The notes: generated by a model from the letters alone, not told the origin. Shown: positions 10,852-25,800, counted from the stretch's first letter. The stretch: 64,000 bases of DNA from Antedon mediterranea (GCF_964355755.1 NC_092680.1:11346001-11410000); one strand, 5' to 3'. Program-made: numbers and translations.

Positions 10852-13800
10852 ACGGTTTCTAATGTGATTTTAAGCACTTTGATGTTTTTGTGTAACCAAG
10901 TTTTTTCGAAAATCACAAAATAGTCTAAAACGTCTCCAAATGCGATTTGAAGCTTTTCTAAGCACTTTGGTGTTTTTATGTTAACAAGTTTTTTCGAAAA
11001 ATACAAAATGGTCTAAAACGTCTCCAAATGCGATTTGAGGATATTCTGAGCACTTTGGTGTTTTTTTGTTAAAAAGTTTTTTCGAAAATCACAAAATGGT
11101 CTAAAACGTCTCCAAATGCGATTTGAAGCTATTCTGTACACTTTGATGTTTTGTGTGAAAAAGTTTTGTTGAAATGCTCAAAATGGTCTAAAACGTTTTT
11201 AAATACGATATAAAGCTATTTTGTGATCTTTGATGTTTTTGTGTGAAAAGTTTTATCGAAATGCTCAAAATGGTCTAAAACGGTTTCTATTGTGATTTTA
11301 AGCACTTTGATGATTTTGTGTAACCAAGTTTCATCGAAATGTACAAAATGGTCTAAAACGTCTCCAAATGCGATTTGAAGCTATTCTAAGTACTTTTGTG
11401 TTTTTATGTTAACAAGTTTTTTCGAAAATCACAAAATGGTCTAAAACGTCTTCAAATGCGATTTGAAGCTATTCTGTACACTTTGATGTTTTGTGTGAAA
11501 AAGTTTTGGCAAAATGCTCAAAATGGTCTAAAACGTTTTTAAAACGATATTAAGCTATTTTGTGCTCTTTGATGTTTTTGTGTAACCAAGTTTCATCGAA
11601 AATCACAACATGGTCTAAAACGTCTCCAAATGCGATTTGAAGCTTTTCTAAGCACTTTGGTGTTTTTATGTTAACAAGTTTTTTCAAAAATCACAAAATG
11701 GTCTAAAACGTCTCCAAATGCGATTTGAAGCTCTTCTGCACACTTTGATGTTTTGTTTGAAAAAGTTTTGTCGAAATTCTCAAAATGGTCTAAAACGTTT
11801 TTAAATTCGATATTAAGCTGTTTTGTGCACTTTGATGATTTGTGTGAAAAGTTTTAACGAAATGCTCAAAATGGTCAAAAACGGTTTCTAATGTGATTTT
11901 AAGCACTTTGATGTTTTTGTGTAACCAAGTTTTTTCGAAAATCACAAAATGGTCTAAAACGTCTCCAAATGCGATTTGAGGATATTCTGAGCACTTTGGT
12001 GTTTTTATGTTAAAAAGTTTTTTCGAAAATCACAAAATGGTCTAAAACGTCTCAAAATGCGATTTGAAGCTAATCTGTACACTTTGATGTTTTGTGTGAA
12101 AAAGTTTTGTCGAAATGCTCAAAATGGTCTAAAACGTTTTTAAAACGATATTAAGCTATTTTGTGCTCTTTGATGTTTTTGTGTAACCAAGTTTCATCGA
12201 AATCAACAAAATGGTCTAATACGTCTCCAAATGCGATTTGAAGCTTTTCCAAGCACTTTGCTGTTTTTATGTTAACAAGTTTTTTCGAAAATCACAAAAT
12301 GGTCTAAAACGTCTTCAAATGCGATTTGAAGCTATTCTGTAGACTTTGATGTTTTGTGTGAAAAAGTTTTGTCGAAATGCTCAAAATGGTCTAAAACGTT
12401 TTTAAATACGATATTAAGCTATTTTGTGATCTTTGATGTTTTTGTGTGAAAAGTTTTATCAAAATGCTCAAAATGGTCTGAAACGGTTTCTAATGCGATT
12501 TGAAGCTATTCTGTACACTTTGAAGTTTTGTCTGAAAAAGTTTTCTCGAAATGCTCAAAATGGTCTAAAACGTTTTTATATACCATATTAAGCTATTTTG
12601 TGCACTTTGATGTTTTTTGTGAAAAGTTTTATCGAAATGCTCAAAATGGTCTAAAACGGTTTCTATTGGGATTTTAAGCACTTTGATGATTTTGTGTAAC
12701 CAAGTTTCATCGAAATGTACAAAATGGTCTAAAACGTTTCCAAATGCGATTTGAAGCTATTCTAAGTACTTTTGTGTTTTTATGTTAACAAGTTTTTTCG
12801 AAAATCACAAAATGGTCTAAAACGTCTTTCAAATGCGATTTGAAGCTATTCTGTACACTTTTATGTTTTGTGTGAAAAAGTTTTGTCGAAATTCTCAAAA
12901 TGGTCTAAAACGTTTTTAAATACGATATTAAGCTGTTTTGTGCACTTTGATGATTTGTGTGAAAAGTTTTAACGAAATGCTCAAAATGGTCAAAAACGGT
13001 TTCTAATGTGATTTTAAGCACTTTGATGTTTTTGTGTAACCAAGTTTTTTCAAAAATCACAAAATGGTCTAAAACGTCTCCAAATGCGATTTGAAGCTTT
13101 TCTAAGCACTTTGGTGTTTTTATGTTAACAAGTTTTTTCGAAAATCACAAAATGGTCTAAAACGTCTCCAAATGCGATTTGAAGATATTCTGAGCACTTT
13201 GGTGTTTTTATGTTAAAAAGTTTTTTCGAAAATCACAAAATAGTCTAAAACGTCTCCAAATGCGATTTGAAGCTATTCTGTACACTTTGATGTTTTGTGT
13301 GAAAAAGTTTTGTCGAAATGCTCAAAATGGTCTAAAACGTTTTTAAAACGATATTAAGCTATTTTGTGCTCTTTGATGTTTTTTTGTAACCAAGTTTCAT
13401 CGAAAATCACAAAATGGTCTAAAACGTCTCAAAATGCGATTTGAAGCTTTTCTAAGCAATTTGGTGTTTTTATGTTAACAAGTTTTTTCGAAAATCACGA
13501 AATGGTCTAAAATGTCTCCAAATGCGATTTGAAGATATTCTGAGCACTTTGGTGTTTTTATGTTAAAAAGTTTTTTCGAAAATCACAAAATGGTCTAAAA
13601 CGTCTTCAAATGCGATTTGAAGCTATTCTGTACACTTTGATGTTTTGTGTGAAAAAGTTTTGTCAAAATGCTCAAAATGGTCTAAAACGTTTTTAAAACG
13701 ATATTAAGCTATTTTGTGCTCTTTGATGTTTTTGTGTAACCAAGTTTCATCGAAAATCACAACATGGTCTAAAACGTCTCCAAATGCGATTTGAAGCTTT

Positions 13801-16800
13801 TCTAAGCACTTTGGTGTTTTTATGTTAACAAGTTTTTTCGATAATCACAAAATGGTCTAAAACGTCTCCAAATGCGATTTGAAGCTCTTCTGTACACTTT
13901 GATGTTTTGTTTGAAAAAGTTTTGTCGAAATTTTCAAAATGGTCTAAAACGTTTTTAAATACGATATTAAGCTGTTTTGTGCACTTTGATGATTTGTGTG
14001 AAAAGTTTTAACAAATGCTCAAAATGGTCTAAAACGGTTTCTAATGTGATTTTAAGCACTTTGATGTTTTTGTGTAACCAAGTTTTTTCGAAAATCACAA
14101 AATAGTCTAAAACGTCTCCAAATGCGATTTGAAGCTTTTCTAAGCACTTTGGTGTTTTTATGTTAACAAGTTGTTTCGAAAATCACAAAATGGTCTAAAA
14201 CGTCTCCAAATGCGATTTGAGGATATTCTGAGCACTTTGGTGTTTTTTTGTTAAAAAGTTTTTTCGAAAATCACAAAATGGTCTAAAACGTCTCCAAATG
14301 CGATTTGAAGCTATTCTGTACACTTTGATGTTTTGTGTGAAAAAGTTTTGTCGAAATGCTCAAAATGGTCTAAAACGTTTTTAAATACGATATTAAGCTA
14401 TTTTGTGATCTTTGATGTTTTTGTGTGAAAAGTTTTATCGAAATGCTCAAAATGGTCTAAAACGTTTTTAAAACGATATTAAGCTATTTTGTGCTCTTTG
14501 ATGTTTTTGTGTAACCAAGTTTCATCGAAAATCACAAAATGGTCTAAAACGTCGCCAAATGCGATTTGAAGCTTTTCTAAGCACTTTGGTGTTTTTATGT
14601 TAACAAGTTTTTTCGAAAATCACGAAATGGTCTAAAATATCTCCAAATGCGATTTGAAGATATTCTGAGCACTTTGGTGTTTTTATGTTAAAAAGTTTTT
14701 TCGAAAATCACAAAATGGTCTAAAACGTCTCCAAACGCGATTTGAAGCTCTTCTGTACACTTTGATGTTTTGTGTGAAAAAGTTTTGTCGAAATTCTCAA
14801 AATGGTCTAAAACGTTTTTAAATACGATATTAAGCTGTTTTGTGCACTCTGATGATTTGTGTGAAAAGTTTTAACGAAATGCTCAAAATGGTCAAAAACG
14901 GTTTCTAATGTGATTTTAAGCACTTTGATGTTTTTGTGTAACCAAGTTTTTTCAAAAATCACAAAATGGTCTAAAACGTCTCCAAATGCGATTTGAAGCT
15001 TTTCTAAGCACTTTGGTGTTTTTATGTTAACAAGTTTTTTCGAAAATCACAAAATGGTCTAAAACGTCTCCAAATGCGATTTGAAGATATTCTGAGCACT
15101 TTGGTGTTTTTATGTTAAAAAGTTTTTTCGAAAATCACAAAATAGTCTAAAACGTCTCCAAATGCGATTTGAAGCTATTCTGTACACTTTGATGTTTTGT
15201 GTGAAAAAGTTTTGTCGAAATGCTCAAAATGGTCTAAAACGTTTTTAAAACGATATTAAGCTATTTTGTGCTCTTTGATGTTTTTTTGTAACCAAGTTTC
15301 ATCGAAAATCACAAAATGGTCTAAAACGTCTCAAAATGCGATTTGAAGCTTTTCTAAGCACTTTGGTGTTTTTATGTTAACAAGTTTTTTCGAAAATCAC
15401 AAAATGGTCTAAAACGTCTCCAAATGCGATTTGAGGATATTCTGAGCACTTTGGTGTTTTTTTGTTAAAAAGTTTTTTCGAAAATCACAAAATGGTCTAA
15501 AACGTCTCCAAATGCGATTTGAAGCTATTCTGTACACTTTGATGTTTTGTGTGAAAAAGTTTTGTCGAAATGCTCAAAATGGTCTAAAACATTTTTAAAT
15601 ACGATATTAAGCTATTTTGTGATCTTTGATGTTTTTGTGTGAAAAGTTTTATCGAAATGCTCAAAATGGTCTAAAACGGTTTCTATTGTGATTTTAAGCA
15701 CTTTGATGATTTTGTGTAACCAAGTTTCATCGAAATGTACAAAATGGTCTAAAACGTCTCCAAATGCGATTTGAAGCTATTCTAAGTACTTTTGTGTTTT
15801 TATGTTAACAAGTTTTTTCGAAAATCACAAAATGGTCTAAAACGTCTTCAAATGCGATTTGAAGCTATTCTGTACACTTTGATGTTTTGTGTGAAAAAGT
15901 TTTGTCAAAATGCTCAAAATGGTCTAAAACGTTTTTAAAACGATATTAAGCTATTTTGTGCTCTTTGATGTTTTTGTGTAACCAAGTTTCATCGAAAATC
16001 ACAACATGGTCTAAAACGTCTCCAAATGCGATTTGAAGCTTTTCTAAGCACTTTGGTGTTTTTATGTTAACAAGTTTTTTCGATAATCACAAAATGGTCT
16101 AAAACGTCTCCAAATGCGATTTGAAGCTCTTCTGTACACTTTGATGTTTTGTTTGAAAAAGTTTTGTCGAAATTTTCAAAATGGTCTAAAACGTTTTTAA
16201 ATACGATATTAAGCTGTTTTGTGCACTTTGATGATTTGTGTGAAAAGTTTTAACAAATGCTCAAAATGGTCTAAAACGGTTTCTAATGTGATTTTAAGCA
16301 CTTTGATGTTTTTGTGTAACCAAGTTTTTTCGAAAATCACAAAATAGTCTAAAACGTCTCCAAATGCGATTTGAAGCTTTTCTAAGCACTTTGGTGTTTT
16401 TATGTTAACAAGTTGTTTCGAAAATCACAAAATGGTCTAAAACGTCTCCAAATGCGATTTGAGGATATTCTGAGCACTTTGGTGTTTTTTTGTTAAAAAG
16501 TTTTTTCGAAAATCACAAAATGGTCTAAAACGTCTCCAAATGCGATTTGAAGCTATTCTGTACACTTTGATGTTTTGTGTGAAAAAGTTTTGTCGAAATG
16601 CTCAAAATGGTCTAAAACGTTTTTAAATACGATATTAAGCTATTTTGTGATCTTTGATGTTTTTGTGTGAAAAGTTTTATCGAAATGCTCAAAATGGTCT
16701 AAAACGTTTTTAAAACGATATTAAGCTATTTTGTGCTCTTTGATGTTTTTGTGTAACCAAGTTTCATCGAAAATCACAAAATGGTCTAAAACGTCGCCAA

Positions 16801-19800
16801 ATGCGATTTGAAGCTTTTCTAAGCACTTTGGTGTTTTTATGTTAACAAGTTTTTTCGAAAATCACGAAATGGTCTAAAATATTTCCAAATGCGATTTGAA
16901 GATATTCTGAGCACTTTGGTGTTTTTATGTTAAAAAGTTTTTTCGAAAATCACAAAATGGTCTAAAACGTCTCCAAACGCGATTTGAAGCTCTTCTGTAC
17001 ACTTTGATGTTTTGTGTGAAAAAGTTTTGTCGAAATTCTCAAAATGGTCTAAAACGTTTTTAAATACGATATTAAGCTGTTTTGTGCACTCTGATGATTT
17101 GTGTGAAAAGTTTTAACGAAATGCTCAAAATGGTCAAAAACGGTTTCTAATGTGATTTTAAGCACTTTGATGTTTTTGTGTAACCAAGTTTTTTCAAAAA
17201 TCACAAAATGGTCTAAAACGTCTCCAAATGCGATTTGAAGCTTTTCTAAGCACTTTGGTGTTTTTATGTTAACAAGTTTTTTCGAAAATCACAAAATGGT
17301 CTAAAACGTCTCCAAATGCGATTTGAAGATATTCTGAGCACTTTGGTGTTTTTATGTTAAAAAGTTTTTTCGAAAATCACAAAATAGTCTAAAACGTCTC
17401 CAAATGCGATTTGAAGCTATTCTGTACACTTTGATGTTTTGTGTGAAAAAGTTTTGTCGAAATGCTCAAAATGGTCTAAAACGTTTTTAAAACGATATTA
17501 AGCTATTTTGTGCTCTTTGATGTTTTTTTGTAACCAAGTTTCATCGAAAATCACAAAATGGTCTAAAACGTCTCAAAATGCGATTTGAAGCTTTTCTAAG
17601 CACTTTGGTGTTTTTATGTTAACAAGTTTTTTCGAAAATCACGAAATGGTCTAAAATGTCTCCAAATGCGATTTGAAGATATTCTGAGCACTTTGGTGTT
17701 TTTATCTTAACAAGTTTTTTCGAAAATCACGAAATGGTCTAAAATGTCTCCAAATGCGATTTGAAGATATTCTGAGCACTTTGGTGTTTTTATGTTGAAA
17801 AGTTTTTTCGAAAATCACAAAATGGTCTAAAACGTCTCCAAATGCGATTTGAAGCTCTTCTGTACACTTTGATGTTTTGTGTGAAAAAGTTTTGTCGAAA
17901 TGCTCAAAATGGTCTAAAACGTTTTTAAATACGATATTAAGCTGTTTTGTGCACTTTGATGATTTGTGTGAAAAGTTTTAACGAAATGCTCAAAATGGTC
18001 TAAAACGGTTTCTAATGTGATTTTAAGCACTTTGATGTATTTGTGTAACCAAGTTTTTTCGAAAATCACAAAATAGTCTAAAACGTCTCCAAATGCGATT
18101 TGAAGCTTTTCTAAGCACTTTGGTGTTTTTATGTTAACAAGTTTTTTCGAAAATCACAAAATGGTCTAAAACGTCTCCAAATGCGATTTGAGGATATTCT
18201 GAGCACTTTGGTGTTTTTTTGTTAAAAAGTTTTTTCGAAAATCACAAAATGGTCTAAAACGTCTCCAAATGCGATTTGAAGCTATTCTGTACACTTTGAT
18301 GTTTTGTGTGAAAAAGTTTTTTCGAAATGCTCAAAATGGTCTAAAACGTTTTTAAATACGATATAAAGCTATTTTGTGATCTTTGATGTTTTTGTGTGAA
18401 AAGTTTTATCGAAATGCTCAAAATGGTCTAAAACGGTTTCTATTGTGATTTTAAGCACTTTGATGATTTTGTGTAACCAAGTTTCATCGAAATGTACAAA
18501 ATGGTCTAAAACGTCTCCAAATGCGATTTGAAGCTATTCTAAGTACTTTTGTGTTTTTATGTTAACAAGTTTTTTCGAAAATCACAAAATGGTCTAAAAC
18601 GTCTTCAAATGCGATTTGAAGCTATTCTGTACACTTTGATGTTTTGTGTGAAAAAGTTTTGTCAAAATGCTCAAAATGGTCTAAAACGTTTTTAAAACGA
18701 TATTAAGCTATTTTGTGCTCTTTGATGTTTTTGTGTAACCAAGTTTCATCGAAAATCACAACATGGTCTAAAACGTCTCCAAATGCGATTTGAAGCTTTT
18801 CTAAGCACTTTGGTGTTTTTATGTTAACAAGTTTTTTCGAAAATCACAAAATGGTCTAAAACGTCTCCAAATGCGATTTGAAGCTCTTCAGTACACTTTG
18901 ATGTTTTGTTTGAAAAAGTTTTGTCGAAATTCTCAAAATGGTCTAAAACGTTTTTAAATTCGATATTAAGCTGTTTTGTGCACTTTGATGATTTGTGTGA
19001 AAAGTTTTAACGAAATGCTCAAAATGGTCTAAAACGGTTTCTAATGTGATTTTAAGCACTTTGATGTTTTTGTGTAACCAAGTTTTTTCGAAAATCACAA
19101 AATAGTCTAAAACGTCTCCAAATGCGATTTGAAGCTTTTCTAAGCACTTTGGTGTTTTTATGTTAACAAGTTTTTTCGAAAATCACAAAATGGTCTAAAA
19201 CGTCTCCAAATGCGATTTGAGGATATTCTGAGCACTTTGGTGTTTTTTTGTTAAAAAGTTTTTTCGAAAATCACAAAATGGTCTAAAACGTCTCCAAATG
19301 CGATTTGAAGCTATTCTGTACACTTTGATGTTTTGTGTGAAAAAGTTTTGTCGAAATGCTCAAAATGGTCTAAAACATTTTTAAATACGATATTAAGCTA
19401 TTTTGTGATCTTTGATGTTTTTGTGTGAAAAGTTTTATCGAAATGCTCAAAATGGTCTAAAACGGTTTCTATTGTGATTTTAAGCACTTTGATGATTTTG
19501 TGTAACCAAGTTTCATCGAAATGTACAAAATGGTCTAAAACGTCTCCAAATGCGATTTGAAGCTATTCTAAGTACTTTTGTGTTTTTATGTTAACAAGTT
19601 TTTCGAAAATCACAAAATGGTCTAAAACGTCTTCAAATGCGATTTGAAGCTATTCTGTACACTTTGATGTTTTGTGTGAAAAAGTTTTGTCAAAATGCTC
19701 AAAATGGTCTAAAACGTTTTTAAAACGATATTAAGCTATTTTGTGCTCTTTGATGTTTTTGTGTAACCAAGTTTCATCGAAAATCACAACATGGTCTAAA

Positions 19801-22800
19801 ACGTCTCCAAATGCGATTTGAAGCTTTTCTAAGCACTTTGGTGTTTTTATGTTAACAAGTTTTTTCGAAAATCACAAAATGGTCTAAAACGTCTCCAAAT
19901 GCGATTTGAAGCTCTTCTGTACACTTTGATGTTTTGTTTGAAAAAGTTTTGTCGAAATTTTCAAAATGGTCTAAAACGTTTTTAAATACGATATTAAGCT
20001 GTTTTGTGCACTTTGATGATTTGTGTGAAAAGTTTTAACGAAATGCTCAAAATGGTCTAAAACGGTTTCTAATGTGATTTTAAGCACTTTGATGTTTTTG
20101 TGTAACCAAGTTTTTTCGAAAATCACAAAATAGTCTAAAACGTCTCCAAATGCGATTTGAAGCTTTTCTAAGCACTTTGGTGTTTTTATGTTAACAAGTT
20201 GTTTCGAAAATCACAAAATGGTCTAAAACGTCTCCAAATGCGATTTGAGGATATTCTGAGCACTTTGGTGTTTTTTTGTTAAAAAGTTTTTTCGAAATTC
20301 ACAAAATGGTCTAAAACGTCTCCAAATGCGATTTGAAGCTATTCTGTACACTTTGATGTTTTGTGTGAAAAAGTTTTGTCGAAATGCTCAAAATGGTCTA
20401 AAACGTTTTTAAATACGATATTAAGCTATTTTGTGATCTTTGATGTTTTTGTGTGAAAAGTTTTATCGAAATGCTCAAAATGGTCTAAAACGTTTTTAAA
20501 ACGATATTAAGCTATTTTGTGCTCTTTGATGTTTTTGTGTAACCAAGTTTCATCGAAAATCACAAAATGGTCTAAAACGTCGCCAAATGCGATTTGAAGC
20601 TTTTCTAAGCACTTTGGTGTTTTTATGTTAACAAGTTTTTTCGAAAATCACGAAATGGTCTAAAATATCTCCAAATGCGATTTGAAGATATTCTGAGCAC
20701 TTTGGTGTTTTTATGTTAAAAAGTTTTTTCGAAAATCACAAAATGGTCTAAAACGTCTCCAAACGCGATTTGAAGCTCTTCTGTACACTTTGATGTTTTG
20801 TGTGAAAAAGTTTTGTCGAAATTCTCAAAATGGTCTAAAACGTTTTTAAATACGATATTAAGCTGTTTTGTGCACTTTGATGATTTGTGTGAAAAGTTTT
20901 AACGAAATGCTCAAAATGGTCAAAAATGGTTTCTAATGTGATTTTAAGCACTTTGATGTTTTTGTGTAACCAAGTTTTTTCAAAAATCACAAAATGGTCT
21001 AAAACGTCTCCAAATGCGATTTGAAGCTTTTCTAAGCACTTTGGTGTTTTTATGTTAACAAGTTTTTTCGAAAATCACAAAATGGTCTAAAACGTCTCCA
21101 AATGCGATTTGAAGATATTCTGAGCACTTTGGTGTTTTTATGTTAAAAAGTTTTTTCGAAAATCACAAAATAGTCTAAAACGTCTCCAAATGCGATTTGA
21201 AGCTATTCTGTACACTTTGATGTTTTGTGTGAAAAAGTTTTGTCGAAATGCTCAAAATGGTCTAAAACGTTTTTAAAACGATATTAAGCTATTTTGTGCT
21301 CTTTGATGTTTTTTTGTAACCAAGTTTCATCGAAAATCACAAAATGGTCTAAAACGTCTCAAAATGCGATTTGAAGCTTTTCTAAGCACTTTGGTGTTTT
21401 TATGTTAACAAGTTTTTTCGAAAATCACGAAATGGTCTAAAATGTCTCCAAATGCGATTTGAAGATATTCTGAGCACTTTGGTGTTTTTATCTTAACAAG
21501 TTTTTTCGAAAATCACGAAATGGTCTAAAATGTCTCCAAATGCGATTTGAAGATATTCTGAGCACTTTGGTGTTTTTATGTTGAAAAGTTTTTTCGAAAA
21601 TCACAAAATGGTCTAAAACGTCTCCAAATGCGATTTGAAGCTCTTCTGTACACTTTGATGTTTTGTGTGAAAAAGTTTTGTCGAAATGCTCAAAATGGTC
21701 TAAAACGTTTTTAAATACGATATTAAGCTGTTTTGTGCACTTTGATGATTTGTGTGAAAAGTTTTAACGAAATGCTCAAAATGGTCTAAAACGGTTTCTA
21801 ATGTGATTTTAAGCACTTTGATGTTTTTGTGTAACCAAGTTTTTTCGAAAATCACAAAATAGTCTAAAACGTCTCCAAATGCGATTTGAAGCTTTTCTAA
21901 GCACTTTGGTGTTTTTATGTTAACAAGTTTTTTCGAAAAATACAAAATGGTCTAAAACGTCTCCAAATGCGATTTGAGGATATTCTGAGCACTTTGGTGT
22001 TTTTTTGTTAAAAAGTTTTTTCGAAAATCACAAAATGGTCTAAAACGTCTCCAAATGCGATTTGAAGCTATTCTGTACACTTTGATGTTTTGTGTGAAAA
22101 AGTTTTGTTGAAATGCTCAAAATGGTCTAAAACGTTTTTAAATACGATATAAAGCTATTTTGTGATCTTTGATGTTTTTGTGTGAAAAGTTTTATCGAAA
22201 TGCTCAAAATGGTCTAAAACGGTTTCTATTGTGATTTTAAGCACTTTGATGATTTTGTGTAACCAAGTTTCATCGAAATGTACAAAATGGTCTAAAACGT
22301 CTCCAAATGCGATTTGAAGCTATTCTAAGTACTTTTGTGTTTTTATGTTAACAAGTTTTTTCGAAAATCACAAAATGGTCTAAAACGTCTTCAAATGCGA
22401 TTTGAAGCTATTCTGTACACTTTGATGTTTTGTGTGAAAAAGTTTTGGCAAAATGCTCAAAATGGTCTAAAACGTTTTTAAAACGATATTAAGCTATTTT
22501 GTGCTCTTTGATGTTTTTGTGTAACCAAGTTTCATCGAAAATCACAACATGGTCTAAAACGTCTCCAAATGCGATTTGAAGCTTTTCTAAGCACTTTGGT
22601 GTTTTTATGTTAACAAGTTTTTTCAAAAATCACAAAATGGTCTAAAACGTCTCCAAATGCGATTTGAAGCTCTTCTGCACACTTTGATGTTTTGTTTGAA
22701 AAAGTTTTGTCGAAATTCTCAAAATGGTCTAAAACGTTTTTAAATTCGATATTAAGCTGTTTTGTGCACTTTGATGATTTGTGTGAAAAGTTTTAACGAA

Positions 22801-25800
22801 ATGCTCAAAATGGTCAAAAACGGTTTCTAATGTGATTTTAAGCACTTTGATGTTTTTGTGTAACCAAGTTTTTTCGAAAATCACAAAATGGTCTAAAACG
22901 TCTCCAAATGCGATTTGAGGATATTCTGAGCACTTTGGTGTTTTTATGTTAAAAAGTTTTTTCGAAAATCACAAAATGGTCTAAAACGTCTCAAAATGCG
23001 ATTTGAAGCTAATCTGTACACTTTGATGTTTTGTGTGAAAAAGTTTTGTCGAAATGCTCAAAATGGTCTAAAACGTTTTTAAAACGATATTAAGCTATTT
23101 TGTGCTCTTTGATGTTTTTGTGTAACCAAGTTTCATCGAAATCAACAAAATGGTCTAATACGTCTCCAAATGCGATTTGAAGCTTTTCCAAGCACTTTGC
23201 TGTTTTTATGTTAACAAGTTTTTTCGAAAATCACAAAATGGTCTAAAACGTCTTCAAATGCGATTTGAAGCTATTCTGTAGACTTTGATGTTTTGTGTGA
23301 AAAAGTTTTGTCGAAATGCTCAAAATGGTCTAAAACGTTTTTAAATACGATATTAAGCTATTTTGTGATCTTTGATGTTTTTGTGTGAAAAGTTTTATCA
23401 AAATGCTCAAAATGGTCTGAAACGGTTTCTAATGCGATTTGAAGCTATTCTGTACACTTTGAAGTTTTGTCTGAAAAAGTTTTCTCGAAATGCTCAAAAT
23501 GGTCTAAAACGTTTTTATATACCATATTAAGCTATTTTGTGCACTTTGATGTTTTTTGTGAAAAGTTTTATCGAAATGCTCAAAATGGTCTAAAACGGTT
23601 TCTATTGGGATTTTAAGCACTTTGATGATTTTGTGTAACCAAGTTTCATCGAAATGTACAAAATGGTCTAAAACGTTTCCAAATGCGATTTGAAGCTATT
23701 CTAAGTACTTTTGTGTTTTTATGTTAACAAGTTTTTTCGAAAATCACAAAATGGTCTAAAACGTCTTTCAAATGCGATTTGAAGCTATTCTGTACACTTT
23801 TATGTTTTGTGTGAAAAAGTTTTGTCGAAATTCTCAAAATGGTCTAAAACGTTTTTAAATACGATATTAAGCTGTTTTGTGCACTTTGATGATTTGTGTG
23901 AAAAGTTTTAACGAAATGCTCAAAATGGTCAAAAACGGTTTCTAATGTGATTTTAAGCACTTTGATGTTTTTGTGTAACCAAGTTTTTTCAAAAATCACA
24001 AAATGGTCTAAAACGTCTCCAAATGCGATTTGAAGCTTTTCTAAGCACTTTGGTGTTTTTATGTTAACAAGTTTTTTCGAAAATCACAAAATGGTCTAAA
24101 ACGTCTCCAAATGCGATTTGAAGATATTCTGAGCACTTTGGTGTTTTTATGTTAAAAAGTTTTTTCGAAAATCACAAAATAGTCTAAAACGTCTCCAAAT
24201 GCGATTTGAAGCTATTCTGTACACTTTGATGTTTTGTGTGAAAAAGTTTTGTCGAAATGCTCAAAATGGTCTAAAACGTTTTTAAAACGATATTAAGCTA
24301 TTTTGTGCTCTTTGATGTTTTTTTGTAACCAAGTTTCATCGAAAATCACAAAATGGTCTAAAACGTCTCAAAATGCGATTTGAAGCTTTTCTAAGCAATT
24401 TGGTGTTTTTATGTTAACAAGTTTTTTCGAAAATCACGAAATGGTCTAAAATGTCTCCAAATGCGATTTGAAGATATTCTGAGCACTTTGGTGTTTTTAT
24501 GTTAAAAAGTTTTTTCGAAAATCACAAAATGGTCTAAAACGTCTCCAAATGCGATTTGAAGCTCTTCTGTACACTTTGATGTTTTGTGTGAAAAAGTTTT
24601 GTCGAAATGCTCAAAATGGTCTAAAACGTTTTCAAATACGATATTAAGCTGTTTTGTGCACTTTGATGATTTGTGTGAAAAGTTTTAACGAAATGCTCAA
24701 AATGGTCTAAAACGGTTTCTAATGTGATTTTAAGCACTTTGGTGTTTTTATGTTAACAAGTTTTTTCGAAAATCACAAAATGGTCTAAAACGTCTCCAAA
24801 TGCGATTTGAGGATATTCTGAGCTCTTTGGTGTTTTTTTGTTAAAAAGTTTTTTCGAAAATCACAAAATGGTCTAAAACGTCTCCAAATGCGATTTGAAG
24901 CTATTCTGTACACTTTGATGTTTTGTGTGAAAAAGTTTTGTCGAAATGCTCAAAATGGTCTAAAACATTTTTAAATACGATATTAAGCTATTTTGTGATC
25001 TTTGATGTTTTTGTGTGAAAAGTTTTATCGAAATGCTCAAAATGGTCTAAAACGGTTTCTATTGTGATTTTAAGCACTTTGATGATTTTGTGTAACCAAG
25101 TTTCATCGAAATGTACAAAATGGTCTAAAACGTCTTTAAATGCGATTTGAAGCTATTCTAAGTACTTTTGTGTTTTTATGTTAACAAGTTTTTTCGAAAA
25201 TCACAAAATGGTCTAAAACGTCTTCAAATGCGATTTGAAGCTATTCTGTACACTTTGATGTTTTGTGTGAAAAAGTTTTGTCAAAATGCTCAAAATGGTC
25301 TAAAACGTTTTTAAAACGATATTAAGCTATTTTGTGCTCTTTGATGTTTTTGTGTAACCAAGTTTCATCGAAAATCACAACATGGTCTAAAACGTCTCCA
25401 AATGCGATTTGAAGCTTTTCTAAGCACTTTGGTGTTTTTATGTTAACAAATTTTTTCGAAAATCACAAAATGGTCTAAAACGTCTCCAAATGCGATTTGA
25501 AGCTCTTCATTACACTTTGATGTTTTGTTTGAAAAAGTTTTGTCGAAATTCTCAAAATGGTCTAAAACGTTTTTAAATTCGATATTAAGCTGTTTTGTGC
25601 ACTTTGATGATTTGTGTGAAAAGTTTTAACGAAATGCTCAAAATGGTCTAAAACGGTTTCTAATGTGATTTTAAGCACTTTGATGTTTTTGTGTAACCAA
25701 GTTTTTTCGAAAATCACAAAATAGTCTAAAACGTCTCCAAATGCGATTTGAAGCTTTTCTAAGCACTTTGGTGTTTTTATGTTAACAAGTTTTTTCGAAG

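Larger units (their letters stand above)
1..24544 (+). repeat. Near-identical ~10.9-kb tandem macro-duplication (periods 10851 and 10939 bp; at least 2.25 copies in the window)
   Basis: The sequence at 1 recurs at 10852 and 21791 with the same rare variants (aaaaatacaa, ttttggcaaa, ctgcacac, gtctgaaaaag, aagcaattt). Identical ORFs at 10761 and 21700 are 10939 apart. The match ends at 2755 vs 24545. Confidence 0.93.

Noticed and set aside
10761-11006. 81-aa minus-strand ORF (identical copy at 21700-21945; related 66-aa ORF at 40325-40525)
   Set aside because: It lies wholly in satellite monomers. Its ATG comes from a local variant (aaaaatacaa, read as an alternative start), there is no recognisable domain, and the identical copy simply reflects the 10.9-kb duplication.
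1-24544. The 10.9-kb duplication as a pure assembly artefact
   Set aside because: Each copy has its own substitutions and they differ by an in-register 88-bp indel, which favours a real duplication. It cannot be fully excluded without reads.
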